NCBI RefSeq assembly: GCF_018350175.1
Contig: NC_058369.1
Span: 22,942,001 to 23,006,000, forward strand
Length of the DNA: 64,000 bases
Direction: 5' to 3'
Origin: Felis catus
Lineage: Eukaryota
The notes under the pieces were generated by a model. It was not told the origin of the DNA and made no database searches. It saw only the letters and a list, made by a program, of their open reading frames with translations. The position numbers and the translations under genes are program-made. Numbering within the stretch: position 1 is the first letter of the stretch; every line of letters starts with the position of its first letter. Below are positions 50,986 to 63,530 of this stretch, one piece after another.

Positions 50986-52419
50986 TAATTGTTGACCACT
51001 TCTCAGACTGTATTTCTGTTTCAGGAAGTTATTTGAAAGATCATTGCTAAGCAGCTCTTAAATGACTCTCTCTAAATTCTTGGCACCACCTTAGCTGGGT
51101 GGTCTTTTGTCTCTGTCCTCAAGATCCTTAGGATGCCCCTTTGAGTCAAATCATTCAGCAATGAAGTCATATTTCATCTACCGTGCTGACCAGAGAGGCC
51201 AGCTTGTTAATTTAGTATGCCTGCTCTTGTGCTCAAAGAAGTTTCCATAAATCTACAAACATGGAAGGATGAGGCCCGAGGCATGTGGCCATCCATTCTT
51301 TTCTCTAAAAGGGTTGGAATACTCAGAAGAATCTTTGTAGACTTGGACCAGAATTACCGTCTCAGGGAAGGTTGTATGTAATAAATGGTGCTACCCTGAA
51401 GAGGACATTCGGATTTTGACAGGGTGCAGAGGGAGAAGAGTCAAAAATCAAATCAAATCAAATCAGTCAGTGCCTATTGCAGAATTCCTTATTTGAGTCA
51501 TGTGGCATTTTCTTTTTGAAATAAACGAATTCAGCACACATAATGTTAGAGGGGTGCTTGTGTTTTATCTTGTTTAGAAGATTAGGCATCGTATTAACTT
51601 GCTCTTAGTGTGTAGCACGTTCTCTGAAGGCCCACATTAAAAGGACAGGTTTAAAGAAAGCATGCTGGTATCCCCATCGTCTTGTCCTGTTGTCGAGATC
51701 GTGCCAGCCTGATCCCTCTCCCAGCGGGCCTCCTTCCCCTTCCTCTGCTCTCCTCGGGGAGTGAAGCAGGGCTCACACCCTGACAACCTGCAGAGCTGAT
51801 AAGGTGGCTTGTGTTAAAGAGCTCCCAATTGGAAGAGAATTTCTTCTTTTCTTTAATGGCCAAACCTTTCTTGGCCAGGACACCTTTGACCTTGGTGGAC
51901 TACAGGGGCCCTCTCTAGATTGATCCAGGAGACCCTCTCCTACATTGCCATCACATTAATCACTAGTGCTGGAGACTTGTAATTATAGCTCACCTGGAAT
52001 CAGAGGCGGCCGAAGAACCCGATGCAACAGAGGAAAGTGGCAAATAGACTTTGTGCAGGTAAAGTCAGGGGTGGTCCAGAGAGGGCCTGAACCCCAAATA
52101 ATGGACCTCCTCTCCTGCCTTGATTATATTTGTGAAGCGCAGTATCCAGATGTCAGGTGATTAGCATACTTTGCTTTTCTCACTACCTGATGGGAATAAT
52201 GATTTTCTTCGTAGAGTCCCTTTAATTTCAATTAGAGGTGAGTAGAGATTAAATTAAACTCATCAAACCTACTGCCTACCAGGAGGAGAAGCACGTAACC
52301 TCCAGGGCACCAAGAAAATGCTCTGACAACCAGGGAGGACAACCAGCTGCAGGAAGGGGTGAGGCCAGCTAATTAGGTTGAGGCCACCCAGTTGGCTGAT
52401 TACCATGAGAGAACCTTTT

Positions 52420-52630
52420 CGTTTTTCTTAATTTTTAATTAATTACTTTTTAAAAATTTAAATCCAAGTTAGTTGACATATAGTATAATAATAATTTCAG
52501 GGATAGAATTTAGTGATTCATCACTGACATATAACACCCGGTGCTCATCCCAACAAGTGCCCTCCTTAGTACCCATTACCCATTTAGCCCATACCTACCC
52601 CCCTAACCCCCCTCCAGCAACCCTCAGTTT
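52420..52630 (-). mobile_element. Very short carnivore L1 3' UTR fragment
   Basis: Closely similar to 48745-48920 (tttaaatccaagttagt...gaatttagtgattcatcact...cccatttagccc). Confidence 0.88.
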
Positions 52631-52640
52631 GGGGAACCCG

Positions 52641-52868
52641 TTTTTTTTTTAATTATTAATTTTTTTTAACATTTATTTATTTTTGAGAGACAGAGAGAGA
52701 CAGAGCACAAGTGAGGGAGGGTCAGAGAGAGAGGGAGACACAGAATCCAAAGCAGGCTCCAGGCTCTGAGCTGTCAGCACAGAGCCCGATGCGGGGATCT
52801 CACAGACCGTGAGATCATGACCTGAACTGAAGTCGGACGCCCAACTGACTGAGCCACCCAGGCGCCCC
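52641..52868 (-). mobile_element. Feline CAN-SINE
   Basis: Reverse CAN-SINE abutting the L1 fragment. Confidence 0.93.
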
Positions 52869-54684
52869 CAGAGAAACTTGTTTTTGAGCCAGCTGAAGTG
52901 ACTGGCATGCCAGCAGCAGATAGGACATGATTCAACCCTGCCTTCTTCAGACCAGCCGTCTGTGTGCTGAGGATGGGCCCCCGCATCCTCGGTGGCTGGT
53001 GGACATGGGCAGTGGCCTCAGTGCCTCCGTGGCTGGACGTGAAGATGAGCAGCATGGGTGACCTGCACAGGTGGATACAGATAAGGAACCTTATGAGACT
53101 GTCCCCAGGAAAGAGACCAAAGTAGTAGAATTTAGCACAGTTGATAATTCTGTTGATCTGTCACTTTGAGCCACAAGGTTTCTTATAATATACGTGTTTA
53201 TTAATTTGCATTTTTACCTGTCAGGTAGACTGCACATTTGTAAAAGAGGCATTTTCTTTGGGAAAAAGAACTTGGATATTTAAACAACAACTTGGATATT
53301 TAATCTTACAATGACAGTGAATCTAAAAAGTTCCTTTATTCACATGTCTTAAAATTCTTTGCTGGAGAGATTTCTTCTGCTATTTTGTTCACCTGGCCAG
53401 TGACTGAATCTTAAATTTCCTGGAATATGAAGATGCATGTTATCTATAAAGCTCTGTGTTGACCTCACGTCCTGTGATGAGGATCCGTGTGTCCATTTCC
53501 TGTGGATTACTGCAGTTTGTTTTTCAGTGTGTGAATGACCCTGGGCCTCTGTCACCTCTTCTTTGAGGTCTGTGTTTTGGTTTACTCTCATGGCCCCCCT
53601 GCCGCTGATCTCGGAGTCCTTGGGAAAGGCTTCTTGTTCCATATTATGTCATTCTATCTTAGCTCTGAGTTCTGATCCTTAACAGCCTCTAATTAATAAT
53701 TCATTGAAAACAGTCCTGGATGTTGCCTACAAGTTCCTACCATGTCTGGCTCCTTCCTGGCTCTCCAGGCCCAAGCTTCTTTTCCCTCTCTGTGCTCAGT
53801 GAGTTTATTACAATCATTTAAGTGTGCGCTGTTTCGTCCTGCCACAGGATCTTGGCACATGCTGTTTCTCTACCTGTGACTCTCATGTCCTAGTCAACTT
53901 GTCTCTGGGCTCTCCCTCAGTGCTCCTGCTGTGTAGCATCAAACTACTGTAAGCCTTTCCTTGATGGCTTTTGTTACTCTTGCATATACTGGTGTTACTT
54001 ACTGATTGCTGTCTATACACCAGATCTGCTCTTGCTTATTAATTGATCTAGTATGTGACATTTCAAGAGTTCTTAATCATGGGCTGTCCATGTTATTGGA
54101 GTGAGATTCATCCCACATTTTATGCCCTTCATGAGCTTCTCACATGACTGCTCCTTCTCTGACTCTTCAGTCAGCCCATTTTTGCTTTTTCTTCTGTCCC
54201 TCCATCCCTCTCATTACCCGGATGTTACCCAAGGAAAACACAGATGCTGTGGAGTGTGAGTGGTTACAAAGGGGGTTTTATTGGGCTCCTTGAAGAAATG
54301 GCCGATTCTAGCTCAGGGCAGAAAATGAACAAGACTAACCTGGCACATATTGCCCGTTGTGAGAGCAGGAAGCTGTCGACTCTTGTGAAAGGACTTGGTT
54401 GCAACCCTAAAGGGAAGAGGCTTCCACTGACCAGAGATGGATTTACTGGGAGTCTCTCCTTAAAAAATTAGCAACAGATCAAAACACATGATGTATGTTA
54501 CAATCCATGCTGATAATAAAAATAAGAGGCAGCAAAACCACAAGTTCAAAATAGTACCCAAAAAAAGAGGGTCACCATTGGTCCAATATTTATTTTGGAA
54601 ACCAATAAAAAATGAAGAGTAGCAAGCATTTATCCAACATTCCTCTACAAATGGTTCCTCTGTCAGCTAAATGGTACAAGAAGT

Positions 54685-54855
54685 GGGGCGCCTGGTGGCT
54701 CCTTCAGTTGAGTGTCCAAATCTTGATTTGGGCTCAGGTCATGATCCCAGGGTCGTGGGATCGAGCTCCACATCAAGCTCTGCACTGAGCATGGAGCCTG
54801 CTTGAGATTCTCTCTCTGTCCCTATGCCCCTCTCCCTCTCCCTCTCCCCAGCTTG

Positions 54856-54887
<32 letters not shown>

Positions 54888-54918
54888 GTCTCTCTCTGTC
54901 TCTCAAAATAAAAATAAA
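54685..54918 (+). mobile_element. Older CAN-SINE with expanded (CT)n
   Basis: ggggcgcctggtggctc head and the gatcccagggtcgtgggatcgag variant. Confidence 0.9.
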
Positions 54919-55519
54919 GTGCAGGAAGGGAACCTTTTCTTTCTAGAAATTTCTGGAAATTTTTAATAAACGATGAGGGTTGATAGAATTGAAATGTGAC
55001 CCCTAGTGAACTAATCTAGGCATTGAGCATCAATGACTGTCAACATCACAAGAAGACTACCAGACATTTGTCTGAGGGAAGTAACAGTAGCATAAATGAA
55101 GTAAATATATCCATCCATCCATAAGTAGTCAGCCCTGAATCTGATCAAGCCTCTAAATGTAACCACCAGTTCACATATAGGGGACAGAAGAACATGTCAA
55201 ATGATACCTGAGAATTGTTATCAGTGAAATGTGGATTCTGAGACACTCTTCATGACAAACAACTTGGTTCCTTTAACGAAAAACTGTGAGAGAAATAAGG
55301 AAGGGAGTTAGCATGAGAGACTTAAGAAATCCCTCAACAAGGCACAATGTGGGGGCTTTATTTGGATCCTAATTCAAACAGTGGCTGTGATTGGCACAAT
55401 GTGGGATGACTATTAAGCTTTTGTCTTTAAAAGTCCTTTTCTTTCAGAGACCTATATTGACATGTTCACAGATGAGATAATGTGATGTCTGGGATGTTTC
55501 ACAATAATCTGGATGATCT

Positions 55520-56056
55520 GTTGTTGTAGAACAAATCACCCCAAAATTTAGCGGCTTAAAACAAGAAGCATTTATTGTCTCACACAGTTTCTGAGGGTCA
55601 GGGATGCAGGAGGATGGATGGTTGTGGCTCAGGGTCTCTCACAAGGTTGCGTGCAGGGTGTCGGCTGAGGGCTGTGATCATCTGAAGGCTTGACTAGGAT
55701 GGAAGATCTACTTCTAAACTCATTTATGTGGCTGTTGGGAAGAGATCTCAGTTCTTTTATAGCTGTTGGTTGGAAGCTTCAGTTTCAGTGGGCAATCTAT
55801 AGGCCTCTTTCCATCAAAGCAGTTGGCCTCCCTAGAGTGAATTATCCAACAGAGATTGGGAAAGCAACCATGACAGAAGCCATGGTGTCATTTACAGCCT
55901 AATCTTGCAGGTGGCATATCATCACTGCTGTATTCTCTTGATCACAGAGCCCAACTCTGGATCCCAGAGCAGCAACCCTGGAGGCCCCCCCCCCCCCCCC
56001 GTGAGGCTGTGAATATCAGGAGGGGAGGATCATTGGAGGCCATCTTGGAGACCATA
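55520..56056 (-). mobile_element. MLT1F-like LTR
   Basis: aacaaatcaccccaaaatttagcggcttaaaacaa...ggatcattggaggccatcttgga. Confidence 0.7.
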
Positions 56057-56164
56057 CGGGAGTTAGAGGAAAGTGGTGGTGGGATGCTGATAAAATAATA
56101 TTCACCATGAGTTGACAATTAAAAATTTCTGTAATAAAAAGTTTTGGGGGGGATGGGAGGAAAT

Positions 56165-56390
56165 ATATTTTAAAGACAGAATGCTTAGATTTCAATTTCA
56201 GCCCTTGTATTAGCTGTGAGATCTTGTCAAGTGATGTGAACCATCTGAATCTGTTTCTCCATTTATAAAAAGGGAGTGATGAGAATGCAGTATCTCGTGG
56301 GGGTTGCCATGAGGCTTGAAGGACACACTACTCGTGTGTGCTCAAGCCAAGGCTGGTGTGTGGAAAGCATGCAATAAATACTAGTTATCA
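56165..56390 (+). mobile_element. MIR SINE
   Basis: tagctgtgagatcttgtcaagt...ctgtttctccatttataaaa...caataaatactagttat. Confidence 0.7.
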
Positions 56391-57027
56391 GCAGTAATAT
56401 CTTTTCTTCTATCTCAGACATTCTTTCTGCTGAGATATTCGCAGGACCATTCGCAGGACCACCTTTTTTCTAGAAACCCTTTAACATTTTAGAGGCATAT
56501 TGTGATTTTCTCTGGAAAAGCTACCATTTGTTTCTTATCTCCTCTTTACATGTGTTTCCTGTCAATATGCTGCAGAGTAAAGACCTTGCTCACCGTGGAA
56601 ACTGTGTGTGTGTGTGCGCACGCGTGCACGCGTGTGCGTGTGTGGACACGTCTTTGCTTTCCTGGCTGTGTCAGTACGTTGAGAATGTGGCCTAAGCCAG
56701 TGAAGGGCTGCACCTCTCCCACAGCTGATTATACATTCACTGTGCTGCAGTTCTTATCTGTCCAGCACCCCCTCCTCCCTCCTATCAGTGAAATCCCTCC
56801 GTCTTTACCAAACCCATTTGGTGAAGTTTAAGTAGGACTTTCCCCAGCTCTTGCTACTACAACCTCAAGTTCAGAAATGGGAGCATGATCCAGACCTGGG
56901 TAAGTCAATGGTCCCATTCTCTGGCCACCTGATTGGCTCAGCCCCAGACACATTACCTAAGCTGGGCTAATCAGTGTGTTTCCGGGGACTTTTCTGCTAA
57001 AAAATATTGTGGAAATCGGTCTGGTGT

Positions 57028-57176
57028 CATGGTACCAGATTTAGCAAAACAGGTAAACAGGGAACCCACTTAACTTTGAATTGCAGATAAACATTAGGTA
57101 CATTTCTAGCATATTATTTGTTGCTTCTCTGAAATTCCAAGTTGATTGGGCATTCTGTTTTTATCTGGCACCCTTA
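57028..57176. mobile_element. MER53-like palindromic hAT MITE
   Basis: ccagatttagcaaa...tttgaattgcagataaac / ctgaaattccaagtt...tatctggcaccct form inverted halves. Confidence 0.7.
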
Positions 57177-59440
57177 GCTCTGGCCACTGGGCAGACTGAG
57201 CCAGGAAAGTGTGACACCAGTGATGTAGACAGCTGTGTGGTTGAGAGCCACCTGGCAGAACGAAGCCCAGTGGTTCCGGGAGATAGACACAGAGGAACCC
57301 AGCCTGGAGTGCATCATTGAGTCCTTACTCCTGGTCCTCCCCTGATAGGAGCCAATGACTTTCCTTTTGCACACTTGTAGGCACACTTGTAGGGGGGCTT
57401 TGTTTTTGTTTTTAGAATTTGATTTAAATACTTTCATAGCCTCAAAATACAATGCCATCGGTGCCCTACTAGGAAAACCTAACCTTTACTGACTGCTGAG
57501 TATATATGCTGGACTGGATTAAGCACTCTGTCTGATTATCTCATTAAATTCTCGTTGTAACCCTGCATGGTATAAATGAAGAAATTATTGACCTAATAAC
57601 TTCCTTTCTGTGAGTTGTTACACTGCTATTACTGTATACGTACGCATTGTGTCACTATGGTATGTGTACTGGATATTTACTATAGTAACATCTGAAACAG
57701 TAAGACCCTGAAAAACTAAATTTTCATCAGCAGGGGACTGACTGGTCAAATGTTGATACATCCCTAAAAAATATGTCACAATGCTATACAGGGTATTTGC
57801 TTATTCACAGATTTCCATCAGACAAGTTTGATATCCATATGTAATTAATTTGGCAGAGATCATTGAAACAAATACACTTTAATTGAGTATAAGTTTTACA
57901 AAACTATGGAAATCTTCCAAGTGATTCTACAGAAAAAGTTCTCATGTAGTTGTCTCATGGGGTCACACTGTCGTTGCCAGGCTCTTCCAGAAATGAATGT
58001 TGCTATCGCTGAACGGGCGAGCTTGGGGTGGGTCAGGGCACATCCATCACCACCCCCTGCACGGTGACCCCAGATGTGTGTTCTCGGCATCTACCGGCTT
58101 CCACTCTGGGCTGTGACTTTGCATCCGTGTGCACGGGACTGTCAGCCTGACAGGGAGGGGACGGTTTGGTGAAGATGAGCCCTCGGCATCCCCGGGGCCA
58201 CATCTGCATTCCATTCTCCCTAAATGCTGACTATAAATACACATCTCTTCAGAGTCAAAGCTTCCACGGAGCTTGGCACCATGTTTGGAATTAACTGGCA
58301 CTGTGACTTCTGTCTGCTCTCGCACACTGAAACTGATGCAAGCATTCTTCCCCCAAGAAGCAAAGCTGAATCAAATCAAAGTTTTCATAAAGTTTATAGA
58401 GGATGAACTTGGACCTTCAGAAATGTCAGAAAGATGCGAAGAGTGAGGCCTGCTGTTTATACACACACCATGGTACTGCATGGAGACACAAAGCAGATAT
58501 TTCTGTCCAAGTAGCATTTGGGCTGTGGCTCTCTTCAGTCTCTCAGGGATGCCCTGAGCAGGTTCCCTCGAACCCTAACAAAGAGGACAGTGAACTGACA
58601 CAGTACAGCAGTGAGTGGTCCTGGACACAGCCTTGCCTCCGATGGCTTTGCTCCAGGCCCCTGTTCCATCTCAGGTGTTTTCTGATTGTAGAGAGTCACC
58701 AATTCTGGGCTCGTCACCACCATCTCACCTGGCACACATACTGCTGTTGCCCTCAAAATGATGTTGAAATGCTGTTCATTGTTCACGTCCAGGAGATCTC
58801 TCGTCTCCAATTCGGCATTAGCATCGAACAGCTGCTATCTTCAGACACTTCAATTTGTTATAGACAGCGTTAAGGAGAAACCGGGACCAGCTCAGACAAG
58901 GTTCTCTCGGTATCTGTACTTTCTCCCCCAAATTGCAAACATCTGGGCCTGCTCTTTAATACCACGAGCCTCTTGGGCCATTCTGTTTTCATGTTTGAGA
59001 AACACCATGTCACTGTCTACTTTCCCTGCTGGAATCAAATGACAGTCTGATTCACTGGAGCCTGGGCTTTGGGGTAGCAGTGCCACGGGACGTGTGCCTT
59101 TCCTGTAAACTGTATTGTGTGGGCACTGCCCTAGGTCCCTGATGTGTGGGTGCCCAAAAGATGCAGTCGTAATTCAGCCACGGGATTTCTCAGCCTCAGC
59201 TGGAGCCTGGGAAGATCATCTCAGGGATGGAGTTGAAAGGGTGTGTCAGGAGGAATTATATTAGGATGAAGAGTCCATATTTATACTAAATCATCATGTG
59301 GTCTAGTATCCTAGTCAGGTCAGAAGTCAGGTGTCTCTGGGTCTCTGACCAACAGGCTTCTGTGGTTTGCGCTCAGAGCTCAGTGGCAGTGGACCACAGA
59401 GATGTCAATGAGGAGTCTGACATCAGAATGCAACAGTCTT

Positions 59441-59659
59441 GGGGTGCCTGGGTGGCTCAGTCGGTTGGGCATCCGACTTCGGCTCAGGTCATGATCTTGC
59501 GGTCTGTGATTTCGAGCCCCGCATCGGGCTCTGGGCTGACAGCTCAGAGCCTGGAGCCTGTTTCGGATTCTGTGTCTCCCTCTCTCTCTGACCCTCCCCT
59601 GCTCATGCTCTGTCTCTCTCTCTGTCTCAAAAATAAATAAATGTTAAAAAAAAAAAAAA
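59441..59659 (+). mobile_element. Young feline CAN-SINE
   Basis: TSD agaatg(c/t)aacagtctt at 59425-59440 and 59660-59675, with a pure A tail. Confidence 0.95.
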
Positions 59660-59889
59660 AGAATGTAACAGTCTTTGCTTGTCTGTTCAGGCTGACTTGA
59701 CTGACGTGAGCTACGCCCCTATTTTAGAAGGCAAGGGGTACCGTGTCTATTACTGCTAAAACGGACAGTGGAAGACCCTGTACAGGGTACCTTCACTTTT
59801 AGCTTCTTAATTTTAGTTTGTCAATAAACATGTACCCTAAGCTACCTGACAGCACTGTGCTAAGTGACCTAATAAAGTCAAGCATGTTT

Positions 59890-60164
59890 GATAAAGGCCT
59901 GCACTATAGCTGTCCCCCAGGATTCTGGACCCCCGGTCATTATGGATGCTAGATGTGAATGGTCAGCGAGGAACAGCGGACACGCACATGCTTCCTATAC
60001 CTGCTCTGTTCACATGCATGCTCTTAGTCCACGGGATTTCATTTACAAGTCGCAAATTCAAAAGTAAAATTATTAAGAATTTCAAGACAGTGATGGCAAA
60101 GCATTAAACCAAGCAGGGGGCCCTGTGTGGCTGCCTAGGTCACATGCCCATGAAGCCAGCCCTG
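59890..60164 (-). mobile_element. MER45B-like hAT-Tip100 element
   Basis: attaagaatttcaagacagtgatggcaaagcattaaaccaag...cccatgaagccagccctg terminus. Confidence 0.65.
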
Positions 60165-61560
60165 AATGGGATCGTGGCTTTGCACATGACCCTATAGACT
60201 CTGTCCACCCCTGAGGACTGTACTTTGTCAGGGATGTAGGGAGCTGAGCTCTCAGTGTTGGGAGGGGTTGTGTTGCACAGGGTTTCGGGTATGGGGCTTC
60301 ACATTTTGAGGCTCCCTTTCCTCATACTTGCTCTGCTATCCTGGGCAAACATTTCACTTTTTGGGACTCCATTTGCTGATATGTACAACAGGAACCTGAT
60401 AGTACCGTTTAGAGTCATTAGGGGGATCAGGCGAAATAATGCATGCAAAACACCTGGTGCCCAGCATACGGTTGTTATTGGGCCAATGTTGGCTGCCATT
60501 GGAGGACTTGGGTGAGGCAATTTCAAAGCCATGGCGGGGGTGCTGCAGTGACCTCCTCCACACCTAGTGGGTGTATAATTCAGGTCTGCTGAATGCCAGT
60601 GACTTTGATGGGCATCGTGGATTGGTGGCTGTTAGCCTTCCCCCTAAGTCCCCCTAGCCCGGACCCCCAGCTCTGTGGATGGGAGATGGTTTTGTCTCCT
60701 CATGTCCATTTGTCATATCAGTCCCCTGCTTTTAATTGGGAGGACTCAAGCATTCGTTATAATTATGTAGACAGGAAAAACGTGATTGCTGTATCACAGA
60801 GAGCACTATAGTATTGATTCAACTAAATCAAATGCTGGTGGAGGGAGAGGATTATTGCTCCAGGACCCTCCGCTGGCCTGGATGTTGTGACTGTTTCACG
60901 GAGATAAGCAGCCCTGCTGGGCCTGCTGGCACTCAGGCGCGGGAGGCTGTGGGGCTCTTGGTTATCTCCCCAGGCATAAAGCTGTACTAATTGCTTTGGA
61001 AGCGAGGCCTTTTCCCGGGCAGCAGCAGCATATGCTGCCTGAGCGCGTGGAGCAAAGATAAAGAGCCACCCTCCTCCTCCTTCACTGAAGTTTAATAATA
61101 AAGTGGAACTGTCACCATTTCCAATAAATTGTTTATTTTAATTTAGAAAAATAACGAAAACTGGCCACCTTCTGGCACGCCGTTGTGGCATGTCTTCCTG
61201 GCTCGGGCACTCTTGAACCTTCTGTTCTCCGTAGCTGGCTCTGGAAGGCGTTCGGATCTCGGTGTTGGTGAAATCAACCACATGTCTTTCTCCATGTAAT
61301 CAAACCTGGCCCTCACAGGGAAAAAGAAGTCGTTTTCCAAGGCCCATTAGATGGTAGCGCTGCAAACCAGGAAGTTGGCATCGAAGGCATTTGGAGTATA
61401 AAGCTTTGTAGGATTTTTTTTTCCATGTATTTATTTTAGTGAATGTGAAATTGAGATAGTCTCACATTTTTCTGTCATCACTGTTCTTTCAGATGACTTT
61501 TTTCCTGTATTATCAGGGGGAGGTCAGCCCAATACCCCTTGCGTGAGAGGTGAGCTGAAG

Positions 61561-61775
61561 GGGGCGCCGGGGTGGCTCAGTGGGTTAAGTGTCTGACTTC
61601 GGCTCAGGTCATGATCTCATGGTTCATGAGTTCGAGCCCCACACTGGCCTCTCTTCTGTCAAGATAGAGACCACTTCAGAGCCTCTGTATCACACCCCCC
61701 CCCCTTCTCTGCCCCTCCCCCACTCACACACTCCCTCTCTCTCAAAAATAAGTAAACATTAAAAAGAAAAAAAAA
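61561..61775 (+). mobile_element. Feline CAN-SINE
   Basis: ggggcgccggggtggctcag head and A tail. Confidence 0.92.
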
Positions 61776-63121
61776 GAGTGAGTCGAAGGCCCAGATAAAG
61801 GTGATGTCTTCCTCAGGTGTTCAGGGAGGGTGAGTGGCAGTGTAGGACTTGGAATTCAGGCCACCTGCTTCTGCCTGCCACTCGGAGGCACCAATGCGAG
61901 CTCACTCTTCCACCCACCATGGAGCAGCTTTTCTCATCCCCATTTCACAGGGAGCAAAACTGAGACCTGAGAGCCAAAGCTACTTGCCTCAGGGCCTTGT
62001 AGCTGGTAAATAGTACAACCAGAACTAGGACTCAGTCTCCTGAATTTCAGTTCAGTTTTTTTTTCTTCCGGAGTCCATGGGTTCTATATACCAATTGCTT
62101 ATATACAGTGATTATAATGTGATTGCATTAAATATGACACATTTTGAATCTTAGAGCAACCACAGCTGAGGACAGAGAAAAGAAAATCTGAATTGATGAA
62201 GACGCTTCAGAGCAGTCGGCCAGGCCCCTTCCTTCCCTTCCAGACACTGCCCTTGGAGTGCACGTGGGTAGGATTCCTCCTTAGCAAATTCCTCCAGGTT
62301 TTGAGTAGTGAAAGCAGTGGCCATTAAATCCACGTGCACCAGGAGAGCTCTGTGAAGTGCCTGACTCTGTCTGGCAGGAGTACTCACAGGACATAGGTAA
62401 ATCGTGTAGTGTAATGCCAGTGATTAAAAACGGGAGGCCGGGGACAGGAAATGAAGGGGATCATTGTAATCCAAGGGCAGGGCTTTGGAAGCATTGTCCC
62501 AGCCAGAGTCATTGTGATGGTTGTGGTCATTAAGGTCCTTTCCTTTCAGTTAAGCGGCCCAAATCCAGCTAGATCTGGTCAGGCAAAGAACCAAATTTAT
62601 TGGCTCACTTACCTGAAAAAGCTAGGCGTGCCTGGTTCTAGGAACCCAAGCCACATGATTCTGCCTTGTTTCCTCCATTATGGGCTCTTTTCTCATTGGC
62701 TTTACCTTTATTCAGGTGAGCTCTTCCTCCCCAGAGGCTTGATGGCTGCTGGCAACCCAGCCTTCTTCCCAGTAGTCTCAGTGGAGAGAGTTTTCTTCCC
62801 CACATTTCAGTAGAGGCCCAGGGATTGGGTCATATGCCCATGCCTGATGGTGCCTCATGGAATTCAGGATGGAATTCACAAATTGGTCAGGCCTGATAAA
62901 TGGGTTTACCCTTTGATCTGGAAAGGAGGAAGAGAGATGTTAACCTCACCCAAATGATACGAGGCACTAGTGGAGAAGGAAAATCGGAAGAAGGGGAATG
63001 GATGTTGAACAGGCAAAAACCACCCATATCCAGTGGGTATAAGCCTTAGTTTCCTCTGACTCACTCTTCATCAGTCGCTTGGTGAGGAGAAAGGACCAGT
63101 CTTGCCCAAATGTCTCCAGAT

Positions 63122-63530
63122 GAGTGCTGTCCAGTAGAACTTTATGCAGTGATGGAAATGTTCTTTGATCATCACTATCCAATGCAGTAGCCACTAGCCA
63201 CATGGGGCTGTTGAGCACTTGAAATGAGACTGGTGGGACTGAGCAATGGAGTTTTGTTTGTTTTTTTGTTTGTTTTTATGGGGGGGAGAGAGAGAGAGCA
63301 GGGGAGGGGCAGAAGGAGAGAAAGAATCTTAAGCAGGCTCCATGCTCAGTGAGGAGCCCCACCACAGGACTTGATCTTACAATGGTGAGATCATGACGTG
63401 AGCTAAAATCAAGAGTCAGACGCTTAACCGTCTGAGCCACCTAGGTACCCCAAGCAACTGAGTTTTTATTTTTAGGTAATTTGATTTAAATTTAATGTAG
63501 ATGGCTACCTATAGCTCTTGACTGCCATAG
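63122..63530. mobile_element. MER3-like hAT MITE interrupted by an older CAN-SINE (about 63257-63450, minus strand)
   Basis: gtgctgtccagtagaactt...gtagccactagccacatg...gactgagcaa, then the SINE, then aactgagttttt...tggctacc. Confidence 0.78.

Noticed and set aside
41261..57392. Small tandem duplications (41261-41300, 53269-53303, 56437-56460, 57369-57392)
   Set aside because: These are ordinary 12-21-bp slippage duplications with no shared motif.
58403..59086. Cluster of overlapping ORFs (156, 91, 94 and 64 aa)
   Set aside because: No recognisable protein motifs, and no poly-A or TSD to suggest a retrocopy.
59441..59520. tRNA genes
   Set aside because: The A/B-box-like sequences here and elsewhere are heads of tRNA-derived CAN-SINEs, not cloverleaf tRNAs.
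62690..62721. Another AG|GTGAG candidate recursive site
   Set aside because: It lies in what looks like a degenerate LTR and has a weaker donor (GTGAGC), so it is likely chance.
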